Source: an uncultured bacterium (GTDB lineage Bacteria > JAGOEH01). From it: a stretch of 64,000 bases of DNA. The notes below the pieces were generated by a model. That model searched no databases. It was given only the letters and a program-made list of their open reading frames with translations, and was not told the origin of the DNA. Shown here piece after piece: positions 1 through 10,275 of the stretch. Positions within the stretch are counted from its first letter, which is position 1, and each line of letters opens with the position of its first letter. Location: the NCBI GenBank assembly GCA_964632485.1, contig CAZWDO010000004.1, positions 62,001 through 126,000 on the forward strand, read 5' to 3'. The position numbers and the translations under genes are program-made.

Positions 1-206
1 TGCGCAAAGCGGCCAGATCCGCCGTTTGTAAAATTAATATTGATAGTGATGGCCGCTTGGTCGTTACGGCTATCATTCGCCGCGAGTTTGCCAAAAATCC
101 TAAGGAATTTGATCCCCGCAAATATATGGGACCTGCTCGTGAGGAGTTAAAAAAACTAATTATTAGTAAAAATACCAATGTTCTGGGCTCCGCAGGCCAG
201 GCATAA
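1..206 (+). CDS. fba: Class II fructose-1,6-bisphosphate aldolase, 3' end (partial)
   Basis: Own translation from nt 3: RKAARSAVCKINIDSDGRL...EFDPRKYMGPAREELKKLI...VLGSAGQA*. KINIDSD and FDPRKY are class II FBA motifs. TAA at 204-206. Confidence 0.9.
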   Translation, partial: RKAARSAVCKINIDSDGRLVVTAIIRREFAKNPKEFDPRKYMGPAREELKKLIISKNTNVLGSAGQA

Positions 207-215
207 ATCATTGTT

Positions 216-245
216 AATGGGGGGAATTATAAATTCCCTCCCATT
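216..245 (+). terminator. Stem-loop after fba, possible weak terminator
   Basis: AATGGGGGGAATT / AATTCCCTCCCATT inverted repeat with one bulge; no clean U-tract. Confidence 0.35.
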
Positions 246-260
246 GTAATTAGGGGGGGC

Positions 261-3083
261 ATGGATTCTCTTCTCCATGATTTTATCGCTATCGATATCG
301 AAACAACAGGCTTGAATCCCGATAAAGACGCTATCATTGAATTAGCGGCTTGCGAATTCCAAGACTGTAAAATTAAGCGAACTTTTTCAACCCTGGTGAA
401 CCCCAATCGATCCTTGCCGGAAGCTATCACAATCATTACCGGCATTACCGATGACGATTTGCTTGAGGCTCCTACTATCGACTCCGTTTGGAATGATTTT
501 CTCCAATTCAGCAATAACCAGTCCTGTATTTTTCATAATGCCCCGTTTGATCTCTCTTTTTTAAAAAAAACAGGACTCCGACAGGGAATTCTCTTTAATT
601 CATCAATAATTATGGATACGCTGATATTGGCCAGAGCCGCCAATCCTTTTCTAAACTCCTATAAACTTTGCGATTTGATTACTGAGATGAAGGTTCCTCC
701 CATTCCAGAATCGTTCCATCGCGCCGGAGCCGATGCCCTTCAAACCGGGATGCTTTACATATCCATCAATCAGTTTTTGATGACCCAGTCTCTGGAAATA
801 TTGAACGACCTGGCTAATTTCTTCCGCAATTCCGAATCATTCTATCAAACTTATTTTCGACTGATACTCAAACAGTATCAAACCCAATCCCAGAGCCAAA
901 GGAAAATTACGCCCTCCCATTCTTACAACCAAATTTTTAAAACAGGTGAGGATTTTACCAAGCCAGATCATATTTATGAAATATTCCGACCCAATGGACT
1001 AATTTCCAACCAGTTACCCGATTATGAGTTTCGTCAATTACAGGAAGATTTGTCAGAATTTATCTATTCAGCGTTTAATGAAGATGCATTTGCAATGGCC
1101 GAAGCCGGAACGGGTACCGGAAAATCATTTGCATATCTGATACCGGCGATTCTATTCGCGCATTCTAATAAAAAAACCGTTTATATAGCGACTCGCACGA
1201 AAAGCTTGCAAGACCAATTATTCTTTAAAGATATTCCGTTTCTGCATGATCTTTTTGGAAATTCATTCCGTGCCGCTCTGCTAAAAGGGAAAAGCAATTA
1301 CGCCTGTCTAAAAAAAGTGGACTTTCTGAAAGAGTATCATTTACTGCGGTTCACCAGTGAGCAGCGCGAACAATTATTACCATTGATCAGCTTTCTCTAT
1401 TGGACCCATACCGGCGACATCTCAGAAATCTATCGAGCCGATCCTGTTAACGCCATTTCACGGGCCATCGGAGCTGAACAGCAGAATTGTTTCCCCACGA
1501 GTTGCCCGTATCGTCAAAAATGTTACTGGTTTAAAATCAGAATGCTGTCCCCACAATCTCAAATTGTAATATTGAATCATTCTTTACTTTTGGCAGACCT
1601 GCAGCATCAAAATGCGGAGGAGACTCCCTACCAATATGTCATCATAGATGAAGCCCATCAATTGGAAAAAAATGCCGCTTCCTATTTTGGGGAATCCCAT
1701 TCACTCGAAGAGCTAACAGATTTTTTTACATATTATTGCCTTCCTTCCCGCCAAAAAGCCACACTCATCACCGGCTTGATCGAATCTGTTAGAAAAAAAG
1801 GGATGCTATCCCCCCATAAAATTGCGGACATGGAAAAACTGCAGAAGCAATTAGAAAATGGCGCAAAAAAATACATGGATAATATTACCCTGCTTTTCGA
1901 TCATTTACGCCACTATATTCGCCAACGGCCCACTCTCAACGATTTCTCCAATAACAGTATCCGGCTCAAGGAAACTTTAATGGATATATCGTCCATCGAT
2001 GCCACTTTCAAGATGATGTCCAAAACTGATACAGAATTCAAACAAACTAATCGTAAACTGTCTGAATTGATCGACGAGGAGCAAGGATTCGAAGATGCGC
2101 TAAATCAAATATTGGCATTCACCCAAAACCTCCAACGCTGGACCGATTTTATTCAAACTTTTCTGACAAATGGAGGGGATAATATTGTACACTGGTTTGA
2201 GACTAACCAAAATCAGACCTTTTTTAAAATACATTCCTGGCCAATTGAGGTTTCTTCATTTCTGCAAAAAAATTTCTATAACAGCGCGCGCTCAGTGATT
2301 ATGCTTTCCGCAACTCTGACGATCAATCACAATTTTATTTATTATAAACGCCGGTTGGGGTTAGAAAATTACGAAAAAACAGAAATTCGGGAACTCATTC
2401 TGGATTCTCCCTTTGAAATGGAACAGCAAATTGCTCTCTTCGTGCCAACATTTTTACCGGAAACTGACAAAAAAGATTTTCAGTCCGCTGCCGCTGAGCT
2501 GATGGCAAGCCTGATCAAACAGGAGAAGCGAAGCGCGCTGATTCTTTTCACATCCTATCAGATGCTCCGAAATTTTGACACCATCCTGCATGACAGGCTT
2601 GCCGGTACAGGGATCACGTTAATGAAACAAGCGCGTGGCAGTAGCAATAAACAACTCATTCAGGATTTTAAAAATCAAGTCGGATCGGTATTATTAGGTA
2701 CCGATACATTTTGGGAAGGCATCGATGTTCCGGGGAAAGCGTTGGAAATTGTTACTATTGCCAAATTGCCCTTTATGGTTCCCAATGATCCGATGGTAGA
2801 AGCGCGCATCGAATTATTGGAAGCGGAAGATAAACGCGCTTTTTATCATTATACACTGCCGGAGGCAATTATCCGCCTAAAACAGGGTATTGGAAGGCTT
2901 ATCCGTCACCGTAACGATTACGGAATCATTATCATTCTGGACAAACGGTTAGTCACATCCAGCTACAGCCAGGTGATTCTTCAGTCTTTACCAGTGAAAG
3001 TTCAGCCTATTCCATCACTTCAGCTCCTGCGCCAAAAAATTGGTGACTTTTTCACTTTGAAAGAGAATCCGCCTGATAGCTGA
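261..3083 (+). CDS. dinG: DEDDh 3'-5' exonuclease fused to DinG-family SF2 helicase
   Basis: N-terminal DIETTG...HNAPFD...HRAGADA; Walker A EAGTGTGKS; DEAH box IIDEAH; four Fe-S-type cysteines (NYAC...CFPTSC...KC); C-terminal QGIGRLIR. Confidence 0.92.
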   Translation: MDSLLHDFIAIDIETTGLNPDKDAIIELAACEFQDCKIKRTFSTLVNPNRSLPEAITIITGITDDDLLEAPTIDSVWNDFLQFSNNQSCIFHNAPFDLSFLKKTGLRQGILFNSSIIMDTLILARAANPFLNSYKLCDLITEMKVPPIPESFHRAGADALQTGMLYISINQFLMTQSLEILNDLANFFRNSESFYQTYFRLILKQYQTQSQSQRKITPSHSYNQIFKTGEDFTKPDHIYEIFRPNGLISNQLPDYEFRQLQEDLSEFIYSAFNEDAFAMAEAGTGTGKSFAYLIPAILFAHSNKKTVYIATRTKSLQDQLFFKDIPFLHDLFGNSFRAALLKGKSNYACLKKVDFLKEYHLLRFTSEQREQLLPLISFLYWTHTGDISEIYRADPVNAISRAIGAEQQNCFPTSCPYRQKCYWFKIRMLSPQSQIVILNHSLLLADLQHQNAEETPYQYVIIDEAHQLEKNAASYFGESHSLEELTDFFTYYCLPSRQKATLITGLIESVRKKGMLSPHKIADMEKLQKQLENGAKKYMDNITLLFDHLRHYIRQRPTLNDFSNNSIRLKETLMDISSIDATFKMMSKTDTEFKQTNRKLSELIDEEQGFEDALNQILAFTQNLQRWTDFIQTFLTNGGDNIVHWFETNQNQTFFKIHSWPIEVSSFLQKNFYNSARSVIMLSATLTINHNFIYYKRRLGLENYEKTEIRELILDSPFEMEQQIALFVPTFLPETDKKDFQSAAAELMASLIKQEKRSALILFTSYQMLRNFDTILHDRLAGTGITLMKQARGSSNKQLIQDFKNQVGSVLLGTDTFWEGIDVPGKALEIVTIAKLPFMVPNDPMVEARIELLEAEDKRAFYHYTLPEAIIRLKQGIGRLIRHRNDYGIIIILDKRLVTSSYSQVILQSLPVKVQPIPSLQLLRQKIGDFFTLKENPPDS

Positions 3084-3630
3084 CCATCCAGCGCGGATTG
3101 AGCATATCCGCATAGAGTTCACTCCAATAAGTTTTGGTATAATCAGTTAAAAACCCTCTGACAAGGATTTTCAACCGTTGGGTATCCTCTTTTGTTAGTG
3201 AAATCTGATTAGCTTCCACATAGCCATCAATGTAAGTGAAATGAAATTTTAAATAATTATCTTTTAGACTGAATTCAAAGCAAAAACGAGTTCGTGTGTG
3301 ATCGACAATCAATTCCTGGTCTTGTTTTTCATTGCCGTTAGTGCGAACTACCAGTTGCTGATAATACTGGTCCGCTGACCAAGCGTTATCAGTAAGTAAA
3401 GAATCGCTATGCGCCAATATAGCGGCAAGCTCATGGCCACGCGGAGGAATATTGCGTAAGCTGTCACCCTGCACCAGAGTTACAACCTCGCCATAATAAA
3501 GGCACCAAAAAGAGGCCTCATCACTTAGATTCTTTTTTAAATAGTCGGCTTTTTTTGAACAAGCCATTGTGATTAAAAGCGTAAAAAAGACAAGCCATAT
3601 TCCCCGGCTTAAACGGTTTCCTGATTTCAT
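3052..3630 (-). CDS. Hypothetical lipoprotein
   Basis: Basic N-terminus, hydrophobic stretch and lipobox-like TMAC; GGAG before ATG; directly follows tonB. Confidence 0.65.
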   Translation of the reverse strand: MKSGNRLSRGIWLVFFTLLITMACSKKADYLKKNLSDEASFWCLYYGEVVTLVQGDSLRNIPPRGHELAAILAHSDSLLTDNAWSADQYYQQLVVRTNGNEKQDQELIVDHTRTRFCFEFSLKDNYLKFHFTYIDGYVEANQISLTKEDTQRLKILVRGFLTDYTKTYWSELYADMLNPRWMVSYQADSLSK

Positions 3631-3645
3631 AGAATCTCCTTTTGA

Positions 3646-4371
3646 CTATTTTAGCTTAAAATATAAGGTGATGATCCCGGTTTGCAAAATGTGTCTTTCG
3701 GAAGCCGGAAGTTGGTTAAACCGCCATTTCTTTAATGCATCCAATGCATTTTGTTCCACCCGGCTATCACCTTTTTGCACTGGCACAGCTTCGGTAACAA
3801 TCCCATCACCATTAACGATAATACGAAGTTTTATGATAATATCGGTTTGTAATCCCGATACGGGTTGCGGTAATATTTTTTGTAAAATGAGCCTGTTTTT
3901 CAAGTCCCCTTCTATTTGAAAAGCGCCATTTTCCGCATCTCCCTCACGGGGTTGGCCAGCGCTAAAATTCCCTTGAACCTGTCTGGGTGGCAATGGCAAG
4001 GTAGTTGACTGGGGGGGTGACATCGGAAGGGTTTTTTTCACCGAACTCAGCATGGGTTGGACCCCTATTTTTTCTGGAATCGGTAAAGGAATCCCATCTA
4101 AAAAATCCGCAGGAGGAGGAAATGCCTCTTCCTCAAAATCTGCCATGGCATCCAAATGCTCAGGAGGATTGGTGTAAGACGGATATGACGTCTCGTTTTG
4201 GTGTGATTCTTCTTTCAGGGGCGTTTCAACCGGCTCGTTTGTCCCGGAAATAATACTAATTTCCAGCGGTTCCATCAATTGCTGGATCGGGAGAGGGCAC
4301 GTCACCCATAATAAAATTAGGATCAAAATCCCATGAATAAGTAGCGAAAGACCGAAATATTTAGTTTCCAT
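3646..4371 (-). CDS. tonB: TonB-family energy transducer
   Basis: N-terminal TM helix with SLLIH (SxxxH), Pro-rich linker, TonB_C-like end (ALDALKKWRF); follows exbB/exbD. Confidence 0.8.
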   Translation of the reverse strand: METKYFGLSLLIHGILILILLWVTCPLPIQQLMEPLEISIISGTNEPVETPLKEESHQNETSYPSYTNPPEHLDAMADFEEEAFPPPADFLDGIPLPIPEKIGVQPMLSSVKKTLPMSPPQSTTLPLPPRQVQGNFSAGQPREGDAENGAFQIEGDLKNRLILQKILPQPVSGLQTDIIIKLRIIVNGDGIVTEAVPVQKGDSRVEQNALDALKKWRFNQLPASERHILQTGIITLYFKLK

Positions 4372-4777
4372 TATTCAAGTCACGTTGAGTAGCGATCGTA
4401 ATATCTGTCCCTCCGGCGATTTTAATAATATCCATTAAACGCACAACCCAATCCAAAGGCACCTCTCGATCAGCCTGGAGCAGAATTCGTTTATTTTCCA
4501 TGCTGTTAATTCGCGCCGCCAGCAGCGGGGGAAGTTCATCAAATGTAGTCTGCGTTTCCGCTCCCAGCCAAATTAACCCGTTCTTCGTTAATGAAATCGT
4601 AAGTAACTGGCTAAGATTCGGTTCTTGAGATTTTGCCCCCGGCAATTTGACTTTTATTCCCGACTGAACCACAAAGGAAGAAGATAGCAGAAAAAATATC
4701 AACAATAACAATACAATATCCGTCAGTGAGATAGCAGAGAAAACAACCAGGACTTTAGACCGGTTTTTTATCTTCAT
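4361..4777 (-). CDS. exbD: Biopolymer transport protein ExbD/TolR
   Basis: LTDIVLLLLIFFLL TM with conserved Asp; ILLQADREV...VVRLMD periplasmic motif. Confidence 0.9.
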   Translation of the reverse strand: MKIKNRSKVLVVFSAISLTDIVLLLLIFFLLSSSFVVQSGIKVKLPGAKSQEPNLSQLLTISLTKNGLIWLGAETQTTFDELPPLLAARINSMENKRILLQADREVPLDWVVRLMDIIKIAGGTDITIATQRDLNNGN

Positions 4778-5396
4778 TATATCGTTCCTTCTGCAACAGC
4801 AATTCCATTAGAGTGGTCGAGCTGTGCTGGATTTCATAGACGAATTTTTCAACGCGGGAAACTAAATAATTGTAGGCAATTAAGGCCGGAATGCCTATAC
4901 TGAGGCCGACAGCCGTCGTAATCAGCGCTTCCCAAATACCACCAGCTAAAATCGCGGGTTCCACCTGTCCACTATGCTGTTCAATTGCCATAAACGTTCG
5001 GATCATTCCGGTTACAGTTCCTAAAAAACCAATTAAGGGCGCTACGGCGGCAACTGTGGCTAAAACATTTAAAAATTTTTCCAGATTGTAGATTTGTAGA
5101 TTGGCTTCAGTTTCGATAAAATCCTTTATCTCCTGATATGCCATGTGCCGTCGTCGGAAAATCCCGCTTAAAACTGTCGCAACTGGGGCATTCGTTAGAT
5201 CGCATATACTGCCGGCCTCATCTAATTGGCCATTACTGATCAAAAAAGTGATTTTATTCATAAGCGCCCGAGAATTAATGGTTGCGCGCTTGATAGCAAA
5301 CCAGCGTTCAACAAATACGGCTAATCCTACCAATGATAGTAGTAGCATAGGGTAAATTAGGACTCCCCCTTTAAGAACTATACTAAATAATGACAT
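4755..5396 (-). CDS. exbB: MotA/TolQ/ExbB proton channel protein
   Basis: APLIGFLGTVTGMI and GIWEALITTAVGL motifs. Confidence 0.92.
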   Translation of the reverse strand: MSLFSIVLKGGVLIYPMLLLSLVGLAVFVERWFAIKRATINSRALMNKITFLISNGQLDEAGSICDLTNAPVATVLSGIFRRRHMAYQEIKDFIETEANLQIYNLEKFLNVLATVAAVAPLIGFLGTVTGMIRTFMAIEQHSGQVEPAILAGGIWEALITTAVGLSIGIPALIAYNYLVSRVEKFVYEIQHSSTTLMELLLQKERYNEDKKPV

Positions 5397-5643
5397 ACTT
5401 TACCCCTTTCACAAGGGTTATTGACGGGTGAACTCAATTTCCAGGCAACCGTTTACATGTCATTGCAGACTACGCTTAGATCCGGCAGACGAGTCGCTCC
5501 TTAATCCACTTTTTCTATAAATCACGTCTGATCAGTCTGCATTCCATATCAATACCGTAACGTTATAAGCTAGTAACAGCTAATTTTGGTTTCATTCTCA
5601 TAAATGAAAAGGATTCCATTTTCAATAACATGTTAGTTGTTAT

Positions 5644-5672
5644 ATTATAATGAAAAAAAAAGGTCAAGTCAA
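5644..5672 (-). promoter_or_regulatory. Sigma70-type promoter for exbB-exbD-tonB
   Basis: Minus strand TTGACT-17 nt-TATAAT. Confidence 0.7.
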
Positions 5673-7072
5673 GAAAAAAATATACCTTTATAACTCCGAT
5701 TTCGATAACATGAAATCCCCCAGATAAACAAACCCCAAATCAAACCGGGAAGAATGGGTTGTATCCCCCATAAATAATCACCATTTTCAGTGATCGCTTG
5801 AGTCATCGCCTGAGCTACATTCAACAAAAAAGAACCGATCAATGCCAAGCGGACCTCTGCAGACGACAAAGGCCGCCCAATAAACATGGCAAGAGCAGGG
5901 ATCAGGATCGCCGGAATACCTATCGACCCTACCCAATACCAGATCGCTACCACACTTTCCGAAAAAAGAGCAATACAGATACTAGTAACCACGGTAACGG
6001 CAAGTCCCCAGCGCGTCCATCTCTGTTGATTTTCCTGCATTTTTTTTCCGGAGAAAAGGATTCCGAGTATATCATAACCGAATGTCGTTGCTGAAACAAA
6101 TGTAAAACTATCAATTGTCGACATGATAATAGCGAAAAGGGAAGTGAGAAAAATTCCATGCAGGAACGGGGGCAAAATCAATTGCGAAAGCATGGGATAC
6201 GCCAGCATTGGGCTTTCCAGATTTGGAAATGCCATGTGGGCGTATAATCCGGCGCTCAGGGTCAGAAAATCAAAAACCGCCCAGCAGAGAATGGAGAAAA
6301 AAATCCCACGTTGCGCCACCGCAGGAGATTTTGCCGCTGCGCAGCGTTGATAAAAATTAGGCTCTATCAGCGTAACCATTGCCAATAAGTACCAGGAAAA
6401 AATCACCCAGGGGGAATGTCCGCCATGCCAGACAAACAATGAACTGGGAAGGTTCTCTTTAAGAACTGGAAGCCCACCGAAATGGTTTCGCGCCATAGCC
6501 ACAATGAGAATAAATCCAATAAACATCAATACAAATTGAATTTTATCAGTTTTTACAACGGCGCCCAAACCGCCGCGCAAGACATACGCCATGGAAAAAA
6601 ATGCGCATAAAGGGATCGCCATGTACTTCGGTATGGAAAAAAGGTACTCACAAAGTTTACCCAGTTCCAACAAATATGGCGCAGGCGTTGTCTGCAAAAA
6701 GATAATCAGCGCTCCCAATATGGCAATCCGGGGTCCGTAAGTCTGGCGGAATTGTTCCGGGATCGTTACTAAATTTACATTACGAATGCGTTTAGCCAAA
6801 AATAGCGCCATGACAAAAGCGGCCAGATAGTAAGGAAGCGCCAGGATGAACCACATCGAAACACCGTAACGCCAACTAAATTCACTGACACCCAAAATGC
6901 CTCCATACCAACTGGCAACCAAAGATGCCACAAATGCTGGCAAGGTTAGCTTCCTTCCCACTAATAAATAGCCAATGGAATCAACAGCGGGTAACCGAAA
7001 ACTTTGGATAATCACAAACCCTAAATACGCAAAATAGACGCCCAGCGGGATCCAAATCAATACGTTCAACAT
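5669..7072 (-). CDS. Sodium:solute symporter (SSS) family, probable thiamine/precursor transporter
   Basis: YLLVGRKL, GGLGAVVKTDKIQF and AIIMSTIDS motifs, many TM segments; third gene behind a TPP riboswitch. Confidence 0.85.
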   Translation of the reverse strand: MLNVLIWIPLGVYFAYLGFVIIQSFRLPAVDSIGYLLVGRKLTLPAFVASLVASWYGGILGVSEFSWRYGVSMWFILALPYYLAAFVMALFLAKRIRNVNLVTIPEQFRQTYGPRIAILGALIIFLQTTPAPYLLELGKLCEYLFSIPKYMAIPLCAFFSMAYVLRGGLGAVVKTDKIQFVLMFIGFILIVAMARNHFGGLPVLKENLPSSLFVWHGGHSPWVIFSWYLLAMVTLIEPNFYQRCAAAKSPAVAQRGIFFSILCWAVFDFLTLSAGLYAHMAFPNLESPMLAYPMLSQLILPPFLHGIFLTSLFAIIMSTIDSFTFVSATTFGYDILGILFSGKKMQENQQRWTRWGLAVTVVTSICIALFSESVVAIWYWVGSIGIPAILIPALAMFIGRPLSSAEVRLALIGSFLLNVAQAMTQAITENGDYLWGIQPILPGLIWGLFIWGISCYRNRSYKGIFFS

Positions 7073-7695
7073 TCCTCCAGCAATTGAAAGACCAATATTG
7101 CGCCGACATTTATTTCAATCCTTGCCGGAACTTTTTCAACCTCATTACTAAGACTAAAAGATTGATCAAAATCCAGACAAACGTCGGTTAGAGGATATTT
7201 AAGTCCATAGCTAGTAACTCCGCTGGCAAAAGGCCAACCCATTATCGAGACCTTTTGCCCCAGGGTATCAAACTTAAACGAATCATTTACTAATGTAATT
7301 TTTTCCCATCGATTAATAATCGTCACCTGTAGCAAATGACGATATTGATATAGCAAGCGGCAAGTGTAAAAAAAATGATCCGAGCGGGTTCCCTGAACTC
7401 CCATCAGTACAACTTGCCGCCACCCTTTTTCTAAAACAAAGTTCAAACACTTTTCAAGGTCTGATGTCTCCTGCTCCCCCTGGAAATATAATTGACTCCG
7501 GTCCTGAAAGAAATCCCGGGCACAACGATTCAGGGAATCGAAATCCCCGACAATCCAATCGGGTATTATCCCGTGGATATGAGCCTGATTTGCTCCTCCA
7601 TCCGCGCAAACAACAATTTTTGCAGCGCTGATAAGCTCTTCCATAATTTGAGTTAAATCAAGATCACCATTGCCTATAATTACCGCATACTCCAT
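7066..7695 (-). CDS. thiN: Thiamine pyrophosphokinase
   Basis: CADGGAN, VGDFDS, QETSDLEK, GTRSDH, GLKYPL, SLSNE motifs. Confidence 0.92.
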   Translation of the reverse strand: MEYAVIIGNGDLDLTQIMEELISAAKIVVCADGGANQAHIHGIIPDWIVGDFDSLNRCARDFFQDRSQLYFQGEQETSDLEKCLNFVLEKGWRQVVLMGVQGTRSDHFFYTCRLLYQYRHLLQVTIINRWEKITLVNDSFKFDTLGQKVSIMGWPFASGVTSYGLKYPLTDVCLDFDQSFSLSNEVEKVPARIEINVGAILVFQLLEEC

Positions 7696-10118
7696 CAGTC
7701 CCCCCAGCGAAATCCTATAAAAAAGTTAAACGGGGCCCCGGGATAATAATAATTTTCACCATCATAATACCCGGCGGGTTCATATTTTTTATTTAATATA
7801 TTTTCAATTTTCGCATAAAAACGAATCGATTCACTCTGCCACTCTAGAGGCAATTTCCAAATAAATTGAACATTAACCAACCAGAAAGGGTCCAGCGAAC
7901 GATCAGCAATATTTTGAGTTTCCAAAAACTGTGAGCCGCTATAGCGGAATCCCCAGATTTGTTTAACACCGAAATGGTTGATTGTAAAATTGATTTGGCC
8001 AAGCCATTCAGGATATAGCGGAATACGGTTGGCAGATAGGTCCAGCGTATCGACAGTCGTCCAATCGTCGCTCCATGTGTACTGGGTAAATTCTATAAAC
8101 CGGTTCATGCTCCAGGCGCCCGCAAACGATATCTGCAAAGAGCGAGAAAGCGTTAAACGGGTTTCAGTTTCCACCCCTTCATGCGCGCTTTCGGGAGCAT
8201 TGCCGCGCACTGGATACCCATCTTCATTCATGGCGCCTAAAGGCACAATCTCATTTCTAAAACGCATTATGTAACCATTCAGTTTAAACATCCATCGTGA
8301 TTGGGTCCACCCCCACCCCAATTCCCAATCATTCACAACTTCCGCTTTTATTATGGGGTCCTGCCATTCAATCCGTTTTACCTGGCCCTGATCATTCAGA
8401 ATCGCTGTTCGATGATTAAAAAGAGGAGTGGCGCCTAAATCATCAGGGCCTGACCATGTATCAAAAATATCCTGATCCGAGGGTTCACGCCAGGCGCGGG
8501 AAAAATTAAAATATAGATTGTGCCTGGCTGAAAGATTCCAGTTCAAACCGATACGCGGGCTTAAAAACCGATAGGAACCATAAATATGATTCAAAGAATC
8601 ACCTGTAAAATTCCCTACATTTCTTTGCTTCAGACTAAAATCCTTATACTCATTCAAGACATTAATATATAAGGAAAAATCAGAGTTCAACCGCAGCATA
8701 TCCTGCAAAAAAAAGGATAGATTGGATTTGACACTATTGTAATGATAGTAAAGATGATCGGCTGAGGTTTGCTCAAGGCGGATCACTCGTCCCTGGTGAT
8801 CCGAATGGAATCCCCAAACATGCCATCCCGCGGTAAATTCATGCCTGGATAGTTGGGCTTCCCAGCGGTGGATCCATCCCAATTGATGTTTAAATACCCA
8901 TTTTCGCCGTATTAATTCAGAAATCTCCAGATTTTCAGGTAATGAATAATAAGCCAGTTGAGTGGGTGAAATGCCATCCTTGAGTTGTTCGTAGAACCCC
9001 CTGCCATAGATATAATAAAAAGTGTTTTCCATATTCAAAAACGGCAGCGCTTGCCAATGAGTATTCCACTGCGCATGAGGTTGCCAAAAATCGTCCACGG
9101 AATGGGAGTATGAAGCGAAATCATTATATTTTCGATTGGTTTGATAAATCGAGGCGGGAATACCATTGTACGACAATCCAGTTCGCTCATATCCTCCAAA
9201 CAAAAGCAGTTTATGGAGCCAGCGGGATCGCCGCCAGATCAGTTGCGTATAGTAGGAATAAAGTCGGGATGAAGCTCCATCGCGAAACCCATTCGAACCT
9301 ATAACGGAGAAACGAGTTAACAAAGCCAGATTTGACGACAATGGTTGCGATAACGAAACAGCAGATTTAAACGTGCCAAAACTTCCATACCCGGATTGAA
9401 AACCAATGGATTGTTGCATTTTGGGAAGTTGAGTCTGGATATTAATCATCCCTCCGAAAGTCGCATTGCCATAAGTGGAAGAACCCACTCCCCGTTGGAT
9501 TTGAATATCTTCCGTATTCTCTGCCAAGTCTGCCAGATCGACCCAATAAACCTGGTGTTCCTCTGGATCATTCAAAGGAACGTTATTTACCATCACTCCT
9601 ATACGTTTCTGGTCAAATCCTCGCATTTTAACATAGCTATAGCCAACAGAATTGCCCCCATCCGCATAGGCATAGACATTCGGGGCGCCGGAAACAAGAA
9701 ATGGAATATCCTCTGTAGTATGATGGTCCTTGATAGCATTCCGGTCAATATTAGAAAAGCTAACCGGAGTAAGGCGGTCGCCAGCGCGCGTTCCGGAGAC
9801 CGTTATTTGCGGCCCCTGTAGCATTCGGGGGACCAATTGAATATTGATTGACTGCGCATTGCGGGAAACAACCATCTTTAATGGATTGTATGCGATATGA
9901 GTAATCAATAGATTACAAGAATCAATTTCTGTTTTGAGGGTAAACTTCCCTGAAAAATCAGTGATTGTACCCATTGAGGATGTCTGGTCGAAAATATTCG
10001 CGGCCACAACCGGTTCACCAGTAGTTTGATCAAAAACTTGGCCAACGATGAGACTTTCAGCCACGTTCACCGATAGAAATAGTAACAGACAAGATGTGAT
10101 ATGTAGCAGACGTAACAT
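7695..10118 (-). CDS. TonB-dependent receptor, probable thiamine uptake
   Basis: Signal peptide, carboxypeptidase-regulatory-like N-domain, plug (MRGFDQKRI...IQIQRGVGSS), beta-barrel end ENILNKKY...FFIGFRW; first gene after TPP riboswitch. Confidence 0.9.
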   Translation of the reverse strand: MLRLLHITSCLLLFLSVNVAESLIVGQVFDQTTGEPVVAANIFDQTSSMGTITDFSGKFTLKTEIDSCNLLITHIAYNPLKMVVSRNAQSINIQLVPRMLQGPQITVSGTRAGDRLTPVSFSNIDRNAIKDHHTTEDIPFLVSGAPNVYAYADGGNSVGYSYVKMRGFDQKRIGVMVNNVPLNDPEEHQVYWVDLADLAENTEDIQIQRGVGSSTYGNATFGGMINIQTQLPKMQQSIGFQSGYGSFGTFKSAVSLSQPLSSNLALLTRFSVIGSNGFRDGASSRLYSYYTQLIWRRSRWLHKLLLFGGYERTGLSYNGIPASIYQTNRKYNDFASYSHSVDDFWQPHAQWNTHWQALPFLNMENTFYYIYGRGFYEQLKDGISPTQLAYYSLPENLEISELIRRKWVFKHQLGWIHRWEAQLSRHEFTAGWHVWGFHSDHQGRVIRLEQTSADHLYYHYNSVKSNLSFFLQDMLRLNSDFSLYINVLNEYKDFSLKQRNVGNFTGDSLNHIYGSYRFLSPRIGLNWNLSARHNLYFNFSRAWREPSDQDIFDTWSGPDDLGATPLFNHRTAILNDQGQVKRIEWQDPIIKAEVVNDWELGWGWTQSRWMFKLNGYIMRFRNEIVPLGAMNEDGYPVRGNAPESAHEGVETETRLTLSRSLQISFAGAWSMNRFIEFTQYTWSDDWTTVDTLDLSANRIPLYPEWLGQINFTINHFGVKQIWGFRYSGSQFLETQNIADRSLDPFWLVNVQFIWKLPLEWQSESIRFYAKIENILNKKYEPAGYYDGENYYYPGAPFNFFIGFRWGD

Positions 10119-10123
10119 GAGAA

Positions 10124-10156
10124 GCTCCTCTCATTTAAAAGTTAAAAGAGAGGAAC
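10124..10156 (-). promoter_or_regulatory. RBS-sequestering hairpin (TPP riboswitch expression platform)
   Basis: Minus strand GTTCCTCTC...GAGAGGAGC pairs over the GAGGAG SD just before the TBDR ATG. Confidence 0.65.
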
Positions 10157-10185
10157 CTGTCGGTATTTGGGAGGGAGGGAATAAA

Positions 10186-10264
10186 TTCCGTTCCCTGCGC
10201 CAGCATTACCTGGATCAGGTTCCAAGGGTATGATCTCAGCCCCGATGGGGCACCCCTACGGATT
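10186..10264 (-). ncRNA. TPP riboswitch (THI element)
   Basis: Minus strand GGGGTGCCCC-ATC-GGGGCTGAGATCATACCCTTGGAACCTGATCCAGGTAATGCTGGCGCAGGGAA matches the THI-box consensus; upstream of TBDR-thiN. Confidence 0.95.
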
Positions 10265-10275
10265 AAAGGGTCTTT

